A DNA stretch of 64,000 nt from Octopus vulgaris (Eukaryota): contig OX597827.1 of the NCBI GenBank assembly GCA_951406725.2, forward strand, positions 23,498,001 through 23,562,000, given 5' to 3'. The notes under the pieces are model-generated. The model did not search any database. It saw only the letters and a list, made by a program, of their open reading frames with translations, and was not told the DNA's origin. Numbering within the stretch: the first letter of the stretch is position 1; every line of letters begins with the position of its first letter. Shown one piece after another: positions 1 to 13,977 of this stretch. The position numbers and the translations under genes were made by a program.

Positions 1-169
1 AACAGCAACAGCAACAGCAACAACAACAGCACTAATAACTACAAAGCAACAACATAAACGATATTCACGCTGATGATGACAATGACAAGGGAGTTGATGA
101 CGGAAACGAGGATTTCTTTTATTTGCTAAAAGGGCATCGGCTGAAGGGAACATCACAAACATAGGTTAC

Positions 170-1390
170 ATATAAAATTGGGGTCTGACGTCAGACGAAG
201 TAGCAAGACTACACAAAAAGAAAATTTGGCAAAAATGATATTTACTCCGAACATAGAAACGAATGGGCATTATCGAACTGGAAAGTATAAAATATCCACC
301 ATTGTAAGTTATCATTGTAAGAGCAGAGGAATAACTTGTAAAGAACAATGGAAAAACCAATAGATATAATGATAATAACACGAACGATACAAATGTCAGG
401 GTTTTTTTTTATCTTGGAAGAAGCCAATATATACAAAACAGAGGCTGAAATGATAGATATGAATATAAAAAAAAATACAAGACACAACGGAAATTGTGAA
501 AAGGCTAACATCTAAGCTGAAAATGGAGTTATGGTCTGTCATAATAAAGCGATAGCAAGAAAATGAAACCCTTACACTACCTGTAAAAGCTAAACAGCAT
601 GAAAAGAGATAAGGAAAATTCACAATACTGGCTGAGAAGCGCAGGACGCAAAGGTGAGATTGAAAGCTTCTTGGTTTCAGCACAAGATCAAAGTCGCTTC
701 ACCAGAAGCCATCAATAACATGAAGCAGAATACAGCAGCTGCAAGACATGGGGAATTTGTGAAGAAACAGCTAACCATATTACTTCTGTTTGTTCAGTCT
801 ATTCAAGGAAAAGTATATATCTATGGATGTGACAGCGTTGGGACTTTACGCTGGAAGTCATGCCAGCATAACGAAATACCAGGCGGAAGAAAGTGGTATT
901 GATATACACAAGGAAAAGTCGATCATACTCTGGGGTGAGCAAATACACATTCGGTGAGATTATGGCTAATTGACCAGATACTGTTGTGAAGGACCCCTGG
1001 AAAGGATATGCTTCCATATCGAAGTATCACACTCGACATATGGTAATCTATCAAAAAACAAAATGGAGAATTTGTCCAAATATTCCGTTCTGCACATAGA
1101 GGAAGCCAAATAGGAGGCAGAAAACAGAAATAATGACATTAATAATAACTTCGGAAAGTATCGAAAATCATAAAGACAAATGTATAACCAAAACAGTAGA
1201 CTAACAAATATGCACAAAATGCAGAGATATACACTACCCGACCCTGCACTTACCCGAGTTACATGAAACTGTGCTGACAATTCAAGTTAATAGACCAGAT
1301 ATTGTAGTAAAAGACAACAGAAACAAGAAGTGCAAATTAAAAGTGATACGAGTTTATCATCAGATAAAAATATATCGGTAAAAAAACTTT
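170..1390 (+). mobile_element. Highly degenerate R4/Dong-like LINE remnant
   Basis: NRPDIVVKD at ~1289-1315. A-rich LINE-like sequence upstream with many stops. Confidence 0.5.
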
Positions 1391-1479
1391 GAAACTGAAA
1401 ACGAATTGTTTTTCCCCACGATGTTGTCCACTTCGATTTTCAAAACGAGACGAAGTTAACACACACACACGCACATGTT

Positions 1480-1533
<54 letters not shown>

Positions 1534-1647
1534 CGTGATCACCGTGACCAACCAGGCTATCAGATGTTGCTACACATCACTGGTCACAATGCGCTTCACA
1601 TTGTTTTAGCCTTCAAATGACGCCACCCCGCTGGCTAAGCGAGCAGG

Positions 1648-1704
<57 letters not shown>

Positions 1705-1819
1705 TAAGCAAATTATGAGATAGAGGTTATGTAACCATCTAAGGGATAAATGTATCCGTTGACACTAGTGGTGTATTACCTCACTATGTATAGCCCTGGC
1801 TATAAGGTATACAGTAGTA

Positions 1820-2160
1820 TGTAATTTAAAGGTAAAACCGTGGTTTAATATACATATATAGAAAAGAAAAGAAATGGAGCAATAATTAATAATGAGAAGT
1901 TGATCATTGGTATGAAAAAGTCGTTGTTTAATTGTAGTTTGGAACCATTTACAGCTATTTCTGTTTATCAAATCGAGGTAAATTTGCATTTATCTCATTC
2001 AATTTAACAAACATCGTCAGAATGATTTAGAGGAATATAAAATAGGAGAAAAGGGAAAAGAAAGGAAACGGAAAAAGAAAAGGAAAAAGTTCGTTAAGTC
2101 TTTAGGCTTATATTTTAGTAACTTATTGGGTTCTATTAGATGAATTGAGCAGTTATTTAC

Positions 2161-2192
<32 letters not shown>

Positions 2193-2705
2193 GTATATAA
2201 AGGTCATGTCATTATGTTAAACCGTTAATCCCTACACATTTTTTCTCTCTCCAATTTTTTATCTGTCATCCCTTTCTGTTGAAGAGCATAGGCTCAAAAT
2301 GTCAAAGGCTTCCTGAGTGACAAACTAATACACTTGGTTGTTGTTCTCTCACTTGTCTTAGCCTTTTTTTTCTGTAAATAACTGCTCAATTCATCTAATA
2401 GAACCCAATAAGTTACTAAAATATAAGCATAAAGACTTAACGAACTTTTTCCTTTTCCTTTTCCGTTTCCTTTCTTTTCCCTTTTCTCCTATTTTATATT
2501 CCTCTAAATCATTCTGACGATGTTTGTTAAATTGAATGAGATAAATGCAAATTTACCTCGATTTGATAAACAGAAACAGCTGTAAATGGTTCCAAACTAC
2601 AATTAAACTTTTTCATACCAATGATAAACTTCTCATTATTAATTATTGCTCCATTTCTTTTCTTTTCTATATATGTATATTAAACCACGGTTTTACCTTT
2701 AAATT

Positions 2706-2708
<3 letters not shown>
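1820..2708. repeat. Long inverted repeat (arms ~1820-2160 and ~2374-2708)
   Basis: The arms are reverse complements; mirrored ORFs MQIYLDLINRNSCKWFQTTIK appear on both strands. Confidence 0.9.
2510..2588 (+). ncRNA. Penelope-type hammerhead ribozyme motif with intact core
   Basis: catt-CTGACGA-[tgtttgttaaat..atttgataaaca stem II]-GAAAC-AGCT-GTA-aatg. An antisense copy lies at ~1946-2025. Confidence 0.6.
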
Positions 2709-2758
<50 letters not shown>

Positions 2759-2761
<3 letters not shown>

Positions 2762-4040
2762 GGTGGGGAAGCAAAATTTACAATATTTTGGGGCAGGGAT
2801 TGAAAGGCAGTGTATGACCAATTAGTTTATTGAAAGTCATGAGAATTTATTTGCCACAAGAAAATTTACATAATAGAAAATGTTTTTTACTCTATGTGTC
2901 CTCCTTCTTTCTCAATAACTGCCTTCACATGCTTCCTGAAACTTGCGCAAGTGTTCCTCAAATATTCGGGAGACAACTTCTCCCATTCTTCTTTAATAGT
3001 ATCTTTAAGAGAGTCGACATTGCTGTGTGATGTTCTATTGGTAGCATGTTCTAAAACGCCCCAAATAGAATCATCCAGAGGATTTAGATCTGGGCTAAAA
3101 GGCGGCCATAAACATGATACCAAAAAATTGCTAAAGTTGGATTTGCAGAAATCTTGTATTTTTCTAGCTGTGTGGGCTGGAGTACCGCCCTGTGTCCATA
3201 CATAATTACCATCTGGGTAGTTTGCTTTAAGCCATGGCAATACCTGGTATCTCAGAGTCTTGTAGTAAGTATTGATCTTTTCATCAGCTTTGTAGAATTT
3301 TATAGGCGTTTTCTTTCCATCGGAATCCACAACACCAAAAGCCATAACTTGAGCAGGATGTTTTGTTTTGAATGTCCCCTTAAACTCAGCTGTTGATTTT
3401 GTGATAAATCTGTTATTTCTGCGGTTCAGAACAGCATCGGCAGTGAAGATCTTTTCATCAGAAAAGATCGTTACAATGGAGGACTTTTTCTTGAACCATG
3501 TAATAATTTTCTTGCACCTTTCCAATCTCTTTTCCTTCATAGCTGTTGTCAACAAGTATTTTGGTGTTCTTGTGTAAGATTTTAACCTCAAATCATATTG
3601 TACTGCATTTCTAATGGTCTTCTTGTCTACCCCAAGTTCAATTGCCATTTTTCTCATGGATATGGTTGGATCCTTTAGGATTTTGGATTTGAGAGCTTTC
3701 ATAAAAGCTTTGGTACGTTTTTTGTTGATTCCTCCACTTTCAGACTTCCTCGTAATAGTTTTGCTCATAGTCATTCTATTCTTTACATAATAAACAGTCT
3801 TTATGGACACTCCAACTATTCTTGAAATCTCCTTTGGTGTGACGAGCGCAATCAGCAAATCACACACACTTTGTCATTTGCTTTCCTAATTACTCATATG
3901 GGTAAAAGTTTCTGCAAAGGTAAGGATAACAGTGTTAGGTATGATTATGACATCAATATATGCTAGGTTTCAAAACAATTGACTTAGTGCCTGCTGAGAA
4001 AAAACAACTTAACGTTCATTGTAAATTTTGCTTCCCCACC

Positions 4041-4043
<3 letters not shown>
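2759..4043 (-). mobile_element. Full-length Tc1/mariner element, DD37D (maT) type, inactivated
   Basis: 26-bp TIRs cagggtggggaagcaaaatttacaat / attgtaaattttgcttccccaccctg inside (TA)n. Transposase 3897-2887 has FSDEKIF, WTQG(D>G)GTPAH and SPDLNPLD with 37-residue spacing. Two stops near the N-terminus. Confidence 0.92.
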
Positions 4044-4111
<68 letters not shown>

Positions 4112-4115
<4 letters not shown>

Positions 4116-4345
4116 GGTTTGTCTGACCGCCTCCTGTACTTACACCTTAGATCCATCATGGCGTATGATGTGACTTTTTAGCCTAGACATTGTATTGAGA
4201 AGATGGCCACATATATTGCATATCTGATTTGGACCACCAAGAGCTGCAGTTAAGTTCTGATCTTCGTGGATTTTAAAATGTCTTTTGAGGCCTCCGCTAG
4301 ATTTGCAGACCTTATGGCATACACGGCATTGAAACATGCGTGGAA
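4112..4345 (-). mobile_element. RTE-like LINE 3' end carrying two C2H2 zinc fingers
   Basis: FQCRVCHKVCKSSGGLKRHFKIH and ICNICGHLLNTMSRLKSHIIRH, then a stop and short tail. No splice acceptor; flanked by microsatellites. Confidence 0.55.
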
Positions 4346-4352
4346 ACACACT

Positions 4353-4384
<32 letters not shown>

Positions 4385-4645
4385 GTGTACTATACTGTGA
4401 AGGTAGTATCAACAAAAAATACTGGTGGATATATATATAGAGAGATCAACATGTGATCTCTTGAGCACCAACAGCAAAAAATTTTTTTTGCTGTCTTCCC
4501 TTCTCGGGATCTTTCCTTCTCCTTTGTTTCCGACGAAGAGCTCCTCTCGAAACGTTAAACCCTCCTTCCCTTCTTTCCTGAGCGTCAAATAATACTTTAA
4601 TTGTTCCACGTCCTCGCGTTGCTGTGTTTTTTTCTGTGTTTTCTG

Positions 4646-4728
<83 letters not shown>

Positions 4729-4808
4729 AATGTGACACTTACAGATACATTCCTCTATTTACATAATATCGAGGTCTATTTCATTCTTTTGTTTCTTACC
4801 ATTTTTAT

Positions 4809-4890
<82 letters not shown>

Positions 4891-4974
4891 ATACATATAT
4901 AATACATGTAAATGCTTTTCTTCTGTAAAGATTGTCTTCTCCCGTTTCATCTTTATGTATCAATTCTTGAGTAA

Positions 4975-5420
4975 TTTTCTGTGGAAACTAGAGACACGGA
5001 AGAGCATCTCGTCGGAAATCGGATGCAGATCTATGTCGGCAAATGCAAATAGCATTGTAATAGCGCCGGACAGTAGGGGCATCGGGGTGATGAACCACAC
5101 TTTAAGGGACTCGAAGCGGTGACACGAGCCAAAAAGAACCAAGAAGTCAGTGAACTTGCAATTCGATGTCTGGAATGACAGGTCTATGCCGTCCGACTGC
5201 GTCAAGAGACACAGGATGGAGGAACCGATCAAATTGCACAGGGTCTGGTTTAATCCAGATCTCCGAGTGAGGGAAAAGCTGCGAACAATTGACGAGCAGG
5301 GTGGTGGCCAATCTCACCCAGAAATGGGCCGAGAGAGCTATCCCTGAAAGGTAAAACAGTGATGAGGATCAATTACATCACCTCCGCCATCTATTGCCGC
5401 CTGATAATAGTATCGAAGAA
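4975..5420 (+). mobile_element. Degenerate L1/Tx1-like fragment related to 16374-17278
   Basis: PIKLHRVWFNPDL and KWAERELSLKGK parallel PVKLLRVWFSPDL and QWAERKLSLKGR. Confidence 0.6.
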
Positions 5421-5825
5421 GATGGACTGTCATTCGCATCTTTCCGACAGCCATAGCAGTGAAATGATATCGACGGAGATGAGAAACCGGACTGCAGAAT
5501 ACTCTCACGCACCATGATGGACAGAGTACCGCTGCTACTGCTGCTGCTGCTGCTGCTGCTGCTAATGATGATGATGATGATGATGATGATGATTACAGTA
5601 GTGGTGGTGGTGGTGGTGTCAGAAGTGATGCCAATTGAGATGTGAAATTGGTTATCTTTTAATGAGATTTCCTGTCAGAATCAAACCTTCTTATATTCCG
5701 TGATATGGAGGAGGAGGATGAGGAGGAGGAAATGTCAGTGAGGGGGAAAAGGTAGTGGAAATAGTTTCAACTTCGTTGTTGTTGTTATTGTTTTTATCGT
5801 TTCTTCCTTATTTATCTTCCCTTCC

Positions 5826-5861
<36 letters not shown>

Positions 5862-6171
5862 CTCTTACATTCTCTTCTTAAAAGTCTCTGCTTCTGTTCC
5901 TTGCTCACCAACCCCTCTCTACCTTTTCTTTCTTTCCCACTCTCACTCTCTCCCTCTCTCGCTCTGTCGCTCGCTCTCTCTCTCTCTCCATCTATCTTTA
6001 TACTTACCATCTATCTATCTATCTTGTTATGTATCTATCAATCCATATGTTCATCTATCAATCCATATGTCCATCTACCTATGTTTGTTTGTTCGTCTAT
6101 CACTTTGTCTGTCTGTCGATCTACATACTTATCTATCTATCTTGCTATTCATTTATCTATCTATTTGTCTG

Positions 6172-6262
<91 letters not shown>

Positions 6263-6533
6263 GTCTCTCTTTATATCTATATCTGTATCTATTTTATTTC
6301 CCTTTCTCTCTCGTTATATATATATATATATATATATATACAAACATACACACATACATACATACACACAAATATATACTTATATATATGCATACATATA
6401 GATATATACGTGCAAATGCACATATAAATATGCAGGTATGTATATTAAACAATCGTTTCTCATCCCCCCACTCATTACATCCTTCACACCTACACACACA
6501 CACACACACGTACATACACACTTTCTCTATCTG

Positions 6534-6566
<33 letters not shown>

Positions 6567-7008
6567 CTCTCAGTGTGCATCTCTATCACTCCCACTATAC
6601 AATTAGTCTCTCTCTCTCTCTCCTTCAAACTCCATCTTTTTCTCTCGATCCATTCCCTCGTCTCACCTCCTATACCCTCCTCCCCCACCCCGAATCCTAC
6701 CAAAAATGCTAAATTCAACTTCAGATCAGAGAAACTTAATATATTAAGTGGTCACTTGAACCAATCCACTTGAAAGTAAACTCTTCACAGACACTTCACC
6801 ACTCCACGGGTTCAGTTCCTGTCCTAAGCACTACATTTCACTACTTCGTTGGTTGTTTTTGCTTAATTTCTTTTTAGATATACACAATCTCTCTCTCTCT
6901 CTCTCTTTCTCTCTCTACCTGTCTGTCTATCTTTATTTCTCGCTTTATATTTGTATGTGTATACATACACACACACATTATATATTGTATGAATACACAC
7001 ACAAACAC

Positions 7009-7041
<33 letters not shown>

Positions 7042-7657
7042 GAAAGAGAGAGAGAGAGACACGCCTGCGTGCGCGCACACACATACACACATACACACAC
7101 ATATTATCACTGTTGAAAGTGAACCACTCGAAGTAGATTCCTTCTAGAAGTAGTACTCAATACATGATACAAATGTAGAGTTATTCGTCTTTCTATTTAA
7201 AACCTGGCACGATGATCGTTTCGACCTTAGGCTATTATTGGGCCTCGTGAAAACGATCATAGTGCCAACAGTCAAATTGCATACATATGTGTGTGTTTAT
7301 AGAAGCAAAATTAAAGGTTACAAACCTCATTAAGAGATAGCAATATCCTATGAAAGTACTGGTTAATTACCTATATAAAGAGTATTGAACATTGTATTTA
7401 ATACTCCACTGCAAGGTAACAATATAAACCGTGGTTTATATATATTTATTTATTATAATGATAGGATGAGAAAATTGAGATATAATTAATAAATCATTAT
7501 TTATTAATTAAATAAATTTGGCAAATATCCTTTACAGCTGTTTCAATTCACACCCTCAGAAAATTAATTAAATTAAAAAATTAAATTAAAATTAACGGCT
7601 TGCAGCCGTTTACTCAACATGCAGGAATCGAACAACTATTTTGTATATCTTTATCTA

Positions 7658-7739
7658 CCTCTGAAGAGATTCGACTTTCAATTAATTTTTAATTTGATCA
7701 ATTAATTATCTGAGTGTCTGAATTGAAACAGCTGTAAGG
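7658..7739 (+). ncRNA. Hammerhead ribozyme motif with extended stem II
   Basis: cct-CTGAAGA-gattc..(~50 nt)..gaatt-GAAAC-AGCT-GTA-agg. Confidence 0.55.
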
Positions 7740-7945
7740 GATGTTTGTCAATTGTTTAATTAATAAATAATGATTTATTAATTACCTCTCTATTTGCTCA
7801 TATTATTATATATATATATACAAAAATTAGAGGAATGACCACTAATAGTGGACAGCCTGTATGCTTGATATAGACGTCGAACTCGCCATTAACCACGAAG
7901 AATGTGTTCTCAAGAAAAAATTCAGCAATTAATATCAATTTCTAC

Positions 7946-8019
<74 letters not shown>

Positions 8020-8405
8020 AGGAAGAAAATGGAGAAGAGATTCGATTGACAAATATCGGTAAGATCTGTTTACTATAATCATAGGAATAGAAAAATAAAA
8101 TTGTATTCATTTATTTTTTTATTTATTCCTATGATTATTGTAAATAAATCTTACTGATGTTTGTCAATTGAATCTCTTCTCCATTTTCTCCTTTGCCTTA
8201 TAAATTCTGGATAGACTTTTGTTTAGCTCCACTTGTATCTATTATCCAATTGCACCATTCCCGTGCATCAGTAAGCCTTTGAATATAAATAGGTATCCCT
8301 CCAGTAGTATATTGGATATTTATTATCCCTTAGATGGTTGTCTAACCTCTAACTTTATATATATATGCGTGTGTGTGTATGTATGTGTGTATGTATGTAT
8401 GTATA

Positions 8406-8480
<75 letters not shown>

Positions 8481-9128
8481 TGACGTATATTTGTCATTTA
8501 AATGTGGCTAACTCCTAAGAGTGGATGCTACTATAGCTTGTAGCCGCAGGAGGACACCTCCTCCAGCTGGCTATTGACACACTTTCTGTGCCCTATCAGT
8601 ATTTGCAAAGGGAAGCCACCCTTCCCGTCTTCAACCTATGATACACACGGATTCGAGCTTCTGGGTATTGACCCGTCATCAGCGTGTGGCAATCAGTGGA
8701 CTCTACATTTGTATCATGTATTGAGTACTACTTCTACACACACACACACAAATATATAGTGTGTGTAGGTGAGTTTTTCCCACACATATCTACACACACG
8801 CTTTGCTAATACCTCAAGTTTTTCTTTCTTAATTGCCAAAAAAGCTTCTTATAACGTATATCGAGTTCTTTGACCATTTACTTTGGCCTCCATGACAAAT
8901 AGGATTTTTGGAGTAATTAGCCCAGTTCGGCCCGCGGGAGATTGCTTATGCTTGAATCCGGCCCCAAAAGCCAAACCTGTTTGATGCCACTGGGTAACAG
9001 GGTGTCATATCAATCTGGCCATCGGATTAAATGAGTACATGAAATTGGGTGACAGGCCGGGGGATGTTATGAGCTGAACATCATCACCATAATTACCGTC
9101 TTTATCGTCGTCGTCTTCGTCGTCGTCG

Positions 9129-9161
<33 letters not shown>

Positions 9162-9357
9162 ATATTATTTTCATTATCATCGTCATCATCATCATCATCG
9201 TCATCATCATCATCAGCAGCAGCAGCAGCAGAAGCACCAGCATCAGTTCCCTTCTCTCCGTTGTCGTCGTCATCATCATCATAATCGTCATAATCATCAT
9301 CATCTTTATTATAGCTTAAATTTTTTTTTTGTAATTTATAAGCACTTGTATTGCCTC

Positions 9358-9423
<66 letters not shown>

Positions 9424-10343
9424 GGGATGTTGATGACGATGATAATGATGATTGTTATGGTAAAATAATAATTGTTTTCTAATACACGTGAAGAATTCCA
9501 TATTTTTCTTTTCATATTTTTGAGATTTTTTAATACTTTCTTGCTTTATGCTGTTTTCATAATTGTTTCTTATTTTAAACTACAATTTGCATCTTTCTCT
9601 CTCTCTCTCTCCCTTGCTCCCCACCTCTCTCTCCCTCTCTCTCTCTCTCCCTCTCTCTCTTTCTCTCCCTCTCTCTCTCCGTGTAATTATATTTTTAAGT
9701 CATTAAATCTGATTCCAGGAAATTTCGGTGCAATATCTTTACTCCAGGGAAATTACTGGAGAAAATAAACAACAACATCCTCATCCCAGCAGCATCATCA
9801 ACAACAGCAAATCCAACAAGGAGCATATTGGCAGAATTGTTGGAACTAAACAAAATTCCTTTCAACATTTGTTCCGACACTCAGGGTTCTGAGTTCAAAT
9901 CCGGCACGGATCAATATTGCCTTTTATTCTTTCCGGACCAGAGTATTGAATCGGTGGAATAGTCAAAGACACAGGCAGGTTACCTTGTGGTGTTTGTGCA
10001 TGTTTTATATATTCCGAGATTCCTTGCGGGTGGGAACTTTAGTGGGGTTCCCTATGATGTTATAAAAAACAAAAAAAAACATGTACGAACATGGCCGCTG
10101 TCCTTCCATCCCCGAATATACGATGAAAAATAAAACTCAAAATATCTGAAACAACATTATTTACTGCGTCACGTTATGAGTTCAAATTCCACGGAGGTCG
10201 ACTTTAGCTTTCATCCTTATGGGATCGATAGATTATGTACCAGTTGAGTACCGGGGTCGATGTTGTCGACTAGATACCCACTTCCCCAAATTTCAGGCCT
10301 TGTGCCTATAATAGAAATGATTATTTACTGCGTCGTCATCCTC

Positions 10344-10416
<73 letters not shown>

Positions 10417-10657
10417 CTTAACAAAATATAAAGTTATTGCTGTGTGTGTGTGTGTGTGTGTGTGTTTGTGTATGTGTGTGTTTGTGTATGTGTGTGAATG
10501 TGTGTGTGTATGTGTATGTTTTCTTAGCAGCTAAAGGTTCCGAGTTCGATTACAAAGCGCGTTATGTTAGGACGTCTTTTGTTTTTGTCATAGCGTAGAG
10601 TCATCCCAAACCTTGCTGGTAAATTTAACTTGAAGGAAACAGTCGGGTGGATTGTAC

Positions 10658-10768
10658 CTGCCGTGTCGCATATATTGCTACCCGTTGTCACGCTGATTCC
10701 AGCGGAGAATTGCTTGAAAGGTGGGGCTGGGGACATGTATATATCTGGAGAAAAGTCGAACATTTCCG
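10658..10768 (-). CDS. Putative internal coding exon (111 nt, phase 1/1) of the antisense gene
   Basis: cattgtattctag|CGGAAATG...ACGGCAG|gtacaa. Only the phase-1 frame is open: (A)EMFDFSPDIYMSPAPPFKQFSAGISVTTGSNICDTA. The phase matches the 37935 donor. Confidence 0.55.
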
Positions 10769-11626
10769 CTAGAATACAATGAACACAATGTAACAAAGTA
10801 AAGAGATTTATGTGTGTACGTATGTATATATGTATATGCGAATGTATGTATGTGTACATGTATGTATGTTTGTATACACGTACGCATGTACGTATGTACG
10901 CATATATCTGCGTGTATGTGTGTATGTGTGTGTGTACGTATGTGCCGATTAGTTACTGCGAATATGCTTCTGTACAGGGTTCCCTTTCAAGTGTGTGTAC
11001 ATATGTTGGGGGGTAGAATGGCCCAGTGTTTAGGGTGGTCGTAGGATCGCGGTTTCGATTCCCTGGTCGGGCGTTGTGAGTGTTTATTGAACGAAAACAC
11101 CTAAAGCACCACGAAACTAAAGAGGCAAAGTGACTTTTGAGCCACCCTACAATATATGTGGGTACATGTATGTACGTTTACGTATACATGTATATTATAC
11201 ACTCACACACATCCGCCAACAATGTAGATTACGTCCCTCTACAAGGTTATATCATGCATATGTCGTGACAAGACATTTGCCACCAACAAACTACTCCACA
11301 GAAATTTCCTTATGATTAAACAAAAGCCATAAATATTTTAAATATTTTGCATTATGTAACACGGATATCGTTTCCTGGCAAGTTTATAAACATAGCTGTT
11401 TCTGTCTGTGTGTCCGAGTGTATTTGAATTAACTTCAGTTCCGTAGAATTGGTCACACAAATGGCATTTCTTTTATTATCAGCATTAATGGTCATCTATT
11501 AAATTTCTTTATCCTTGTCATATTAAGCAACATACTTTCACACGTACACAAACGCCTACGCATTCATGCAATATTTATATCCGTTGACGACATGCACAGA
11601 CACATGCAATTATATATATATATATA

Positions 11627-11786
11627 GGCGTAGGCGTGGCTGTGTGGTAGGAAGGTTGCTTACCAACCACATGGTTCCGGGTTCAGTGCCACTGCGTGGC
11701 AATTTGGGCAAGTGTCTTCTATTATAGCTTCGAGCCGACCAAAGCTTCGTGAGTGGATTTGGTAGAAGGAAACTGAAAGAAGCCCG

Positions 11787-11828
<42 letters not shown>

Positions 11829-12005
11829 GTTTATGTGTGTATCTGTGAGTTTACGTCCCTGTAACATAGCTGTTCGGCAAAAGACTGATAGAATAAGTAC
11901 CAGGCTTACAAAGAATAAAGTCCTGGGGGCGATTTCTTCGACTAAAAGGTGGTGCTCCTGCGTGGCCGCAGTCAAACGACTGAAACAAATAAAAGAATAA
12001 AAGAA
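11627..12005 (+). mobile_element. tRNA-derived SINE family A (copy)
   Basis: Head ggcgtggctgtgtggtag..gggttcagtgcc, internal microsatellite, tail ggccgcagtcaa..ctgaaacaa. Other + strand copies at ~14634-15000, 15208-15597, 39020-39180 and 52480-52855. Confidence 0.85.
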
Positions 12006-12042
12006 TATACATATACATACATACATATATCTATCTGTCTAC

Positions 12043-12148
<106 letters not shown>

Positions 12149-12726
12149 CAAAATATTAAGGAAAGACCCTTACAGGTCGTTCGACTCACTTGAAAAGAGC
12201 AGCCAAAACTCAAACCGCAAAAATAGTAGTAATTCTGAAAGCTAAAGGAGAAATAAAAACATTTATCCTTTTCAACTTTGTACCCTGCAAGGTTTCAACA
12301 ATTTTTACGCAATCGAACTTAATTAAATTAAATTAAATCCGTTTACGATTGGTTTGTTTCATCAGCAAAGTCCCAAAAGAATAGGCGAACATATACACAC
12401 GAGGCGATACCACTGAAGCCCCGAGTATATATATCCTAATTTTTCGAAATCAAACGTAACCGCGCCAACTACTCAGCAGCAAATATAAACTGCTGATACA
12501 ATTTCAGAATTAGTCAAAAATTATTAATTTATCGATATAGGGTAGCAAAATACCCTATATTGATAAATTAATAATTTTTAAAGTGAGTCGAACGACCTGT
12601 AAGGGTCTTTCCTTAATATTTTGTTGAATATATTATATAGTCTGTGACTATTTCTATTTTCTCATTTGACCGCTGGTTGCAGAAAATTTTTCTTGAATTT
12701 TTTTTTTTTTTTTTGCTACCCTATAT

Positions 12727-12786
<60 letters not shown>

Positions 12787-13192
12787 CAGAGTAAGCACAT
12801 AAATGTGAAACAAGGTGGAGAAAAATAGTACTCGAATACCGGAGATAGAGTAAATGCTTTATTAATAAAGCTGCAAAGACATCACAAAAACTGTCCGACG
12901 AACAGGAACAAGAAACTCTGAGTTTTTGTAATGTCTTTGCAGCTTTATTAATGTGTGTGAGTGTGTGTGTGTGTACAGAGAGAGATCGATGTGCAATCAA
13001 TATTTCATGCACACATGCAATATTCATTACACATTATGGTGTTGTAGTTGATGATGATGATGATGATGGTAATAGTGATGATGATGATCGTGATGGTGAT
13101 GAGGGTGATGGTGATGATGAGGGTGGTGATGGTGATGATGATGATGATGATGATGATGATGGTAATGATAATGATGAGGATGGTGATGATGA

Positions 13193-13232
<40 letters not shown>

Positions 13233-13977
13233 AATGACGACGAGGAGACAGTATATAATGTTGTTGCTGATATTTTGAGTTTTATTTTCCACCGTTTAAT
13301 CGGCCATTAATGGTCGTACGTGTTATCGTATAACATCTTCGAGACTCGTTCGCAACTCCACTAAAGCACCCGCCTCCCACCCAAGGACCAGCTTACGGTG
13401 TTCAATCGGACGACGGATTAACTCTCACTTCACAAATATAAAATCATTGAATATAAACAACAAAAAAACACAAAATAGAATAGAAGAAACACCACAAGGT
13501 ACCTTGTCTCTGTCTTTGATGATTCCACCAATTCCTTGTTTTAGTCTGCTACGCTATATTCTGTGAGTGGATAGGATGAATGTCGAAGGCGATCAGTGCG
13601 CGGTTTGAACTCAAAGCGCAGAGTATCAGAACAAATGGCGAAAGGAATTTTGCTTTGTTCTATCAACTCCGCCATTTTGAGAACTGTTTTTTTTTTCTGT
13701 TATTTTTGCTGTTGTTCTTGCTGTTGTTGCTGTTATTACTGTAGCGGCGGTGGTCAAGAAGAAGAAGAAGAAGAAGAAGAAGAAGAAGATGATGATGATG
13801 ATGATGATGATGATGATATTTTTGTTATTGTCGCCTATTTTTTCCAGTAATTTCCTCGGAGAAAAACTATTTCACTAAACTTTCCTGGAATCAGATTTAA
13901 TGGCTGAGAAATATAATTACTTGGAAACACTCAAAAAAAGGAACACACACACACACATACACACAAACAAATATATA

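Noticed and set aside
5755-6606. 283-aa ORF and the many similar YIYI/VCVC/LSIY/poly-I/poly-D ORFs
   Set aside because: Translations of stop-free microsatellites, with no coding signal.
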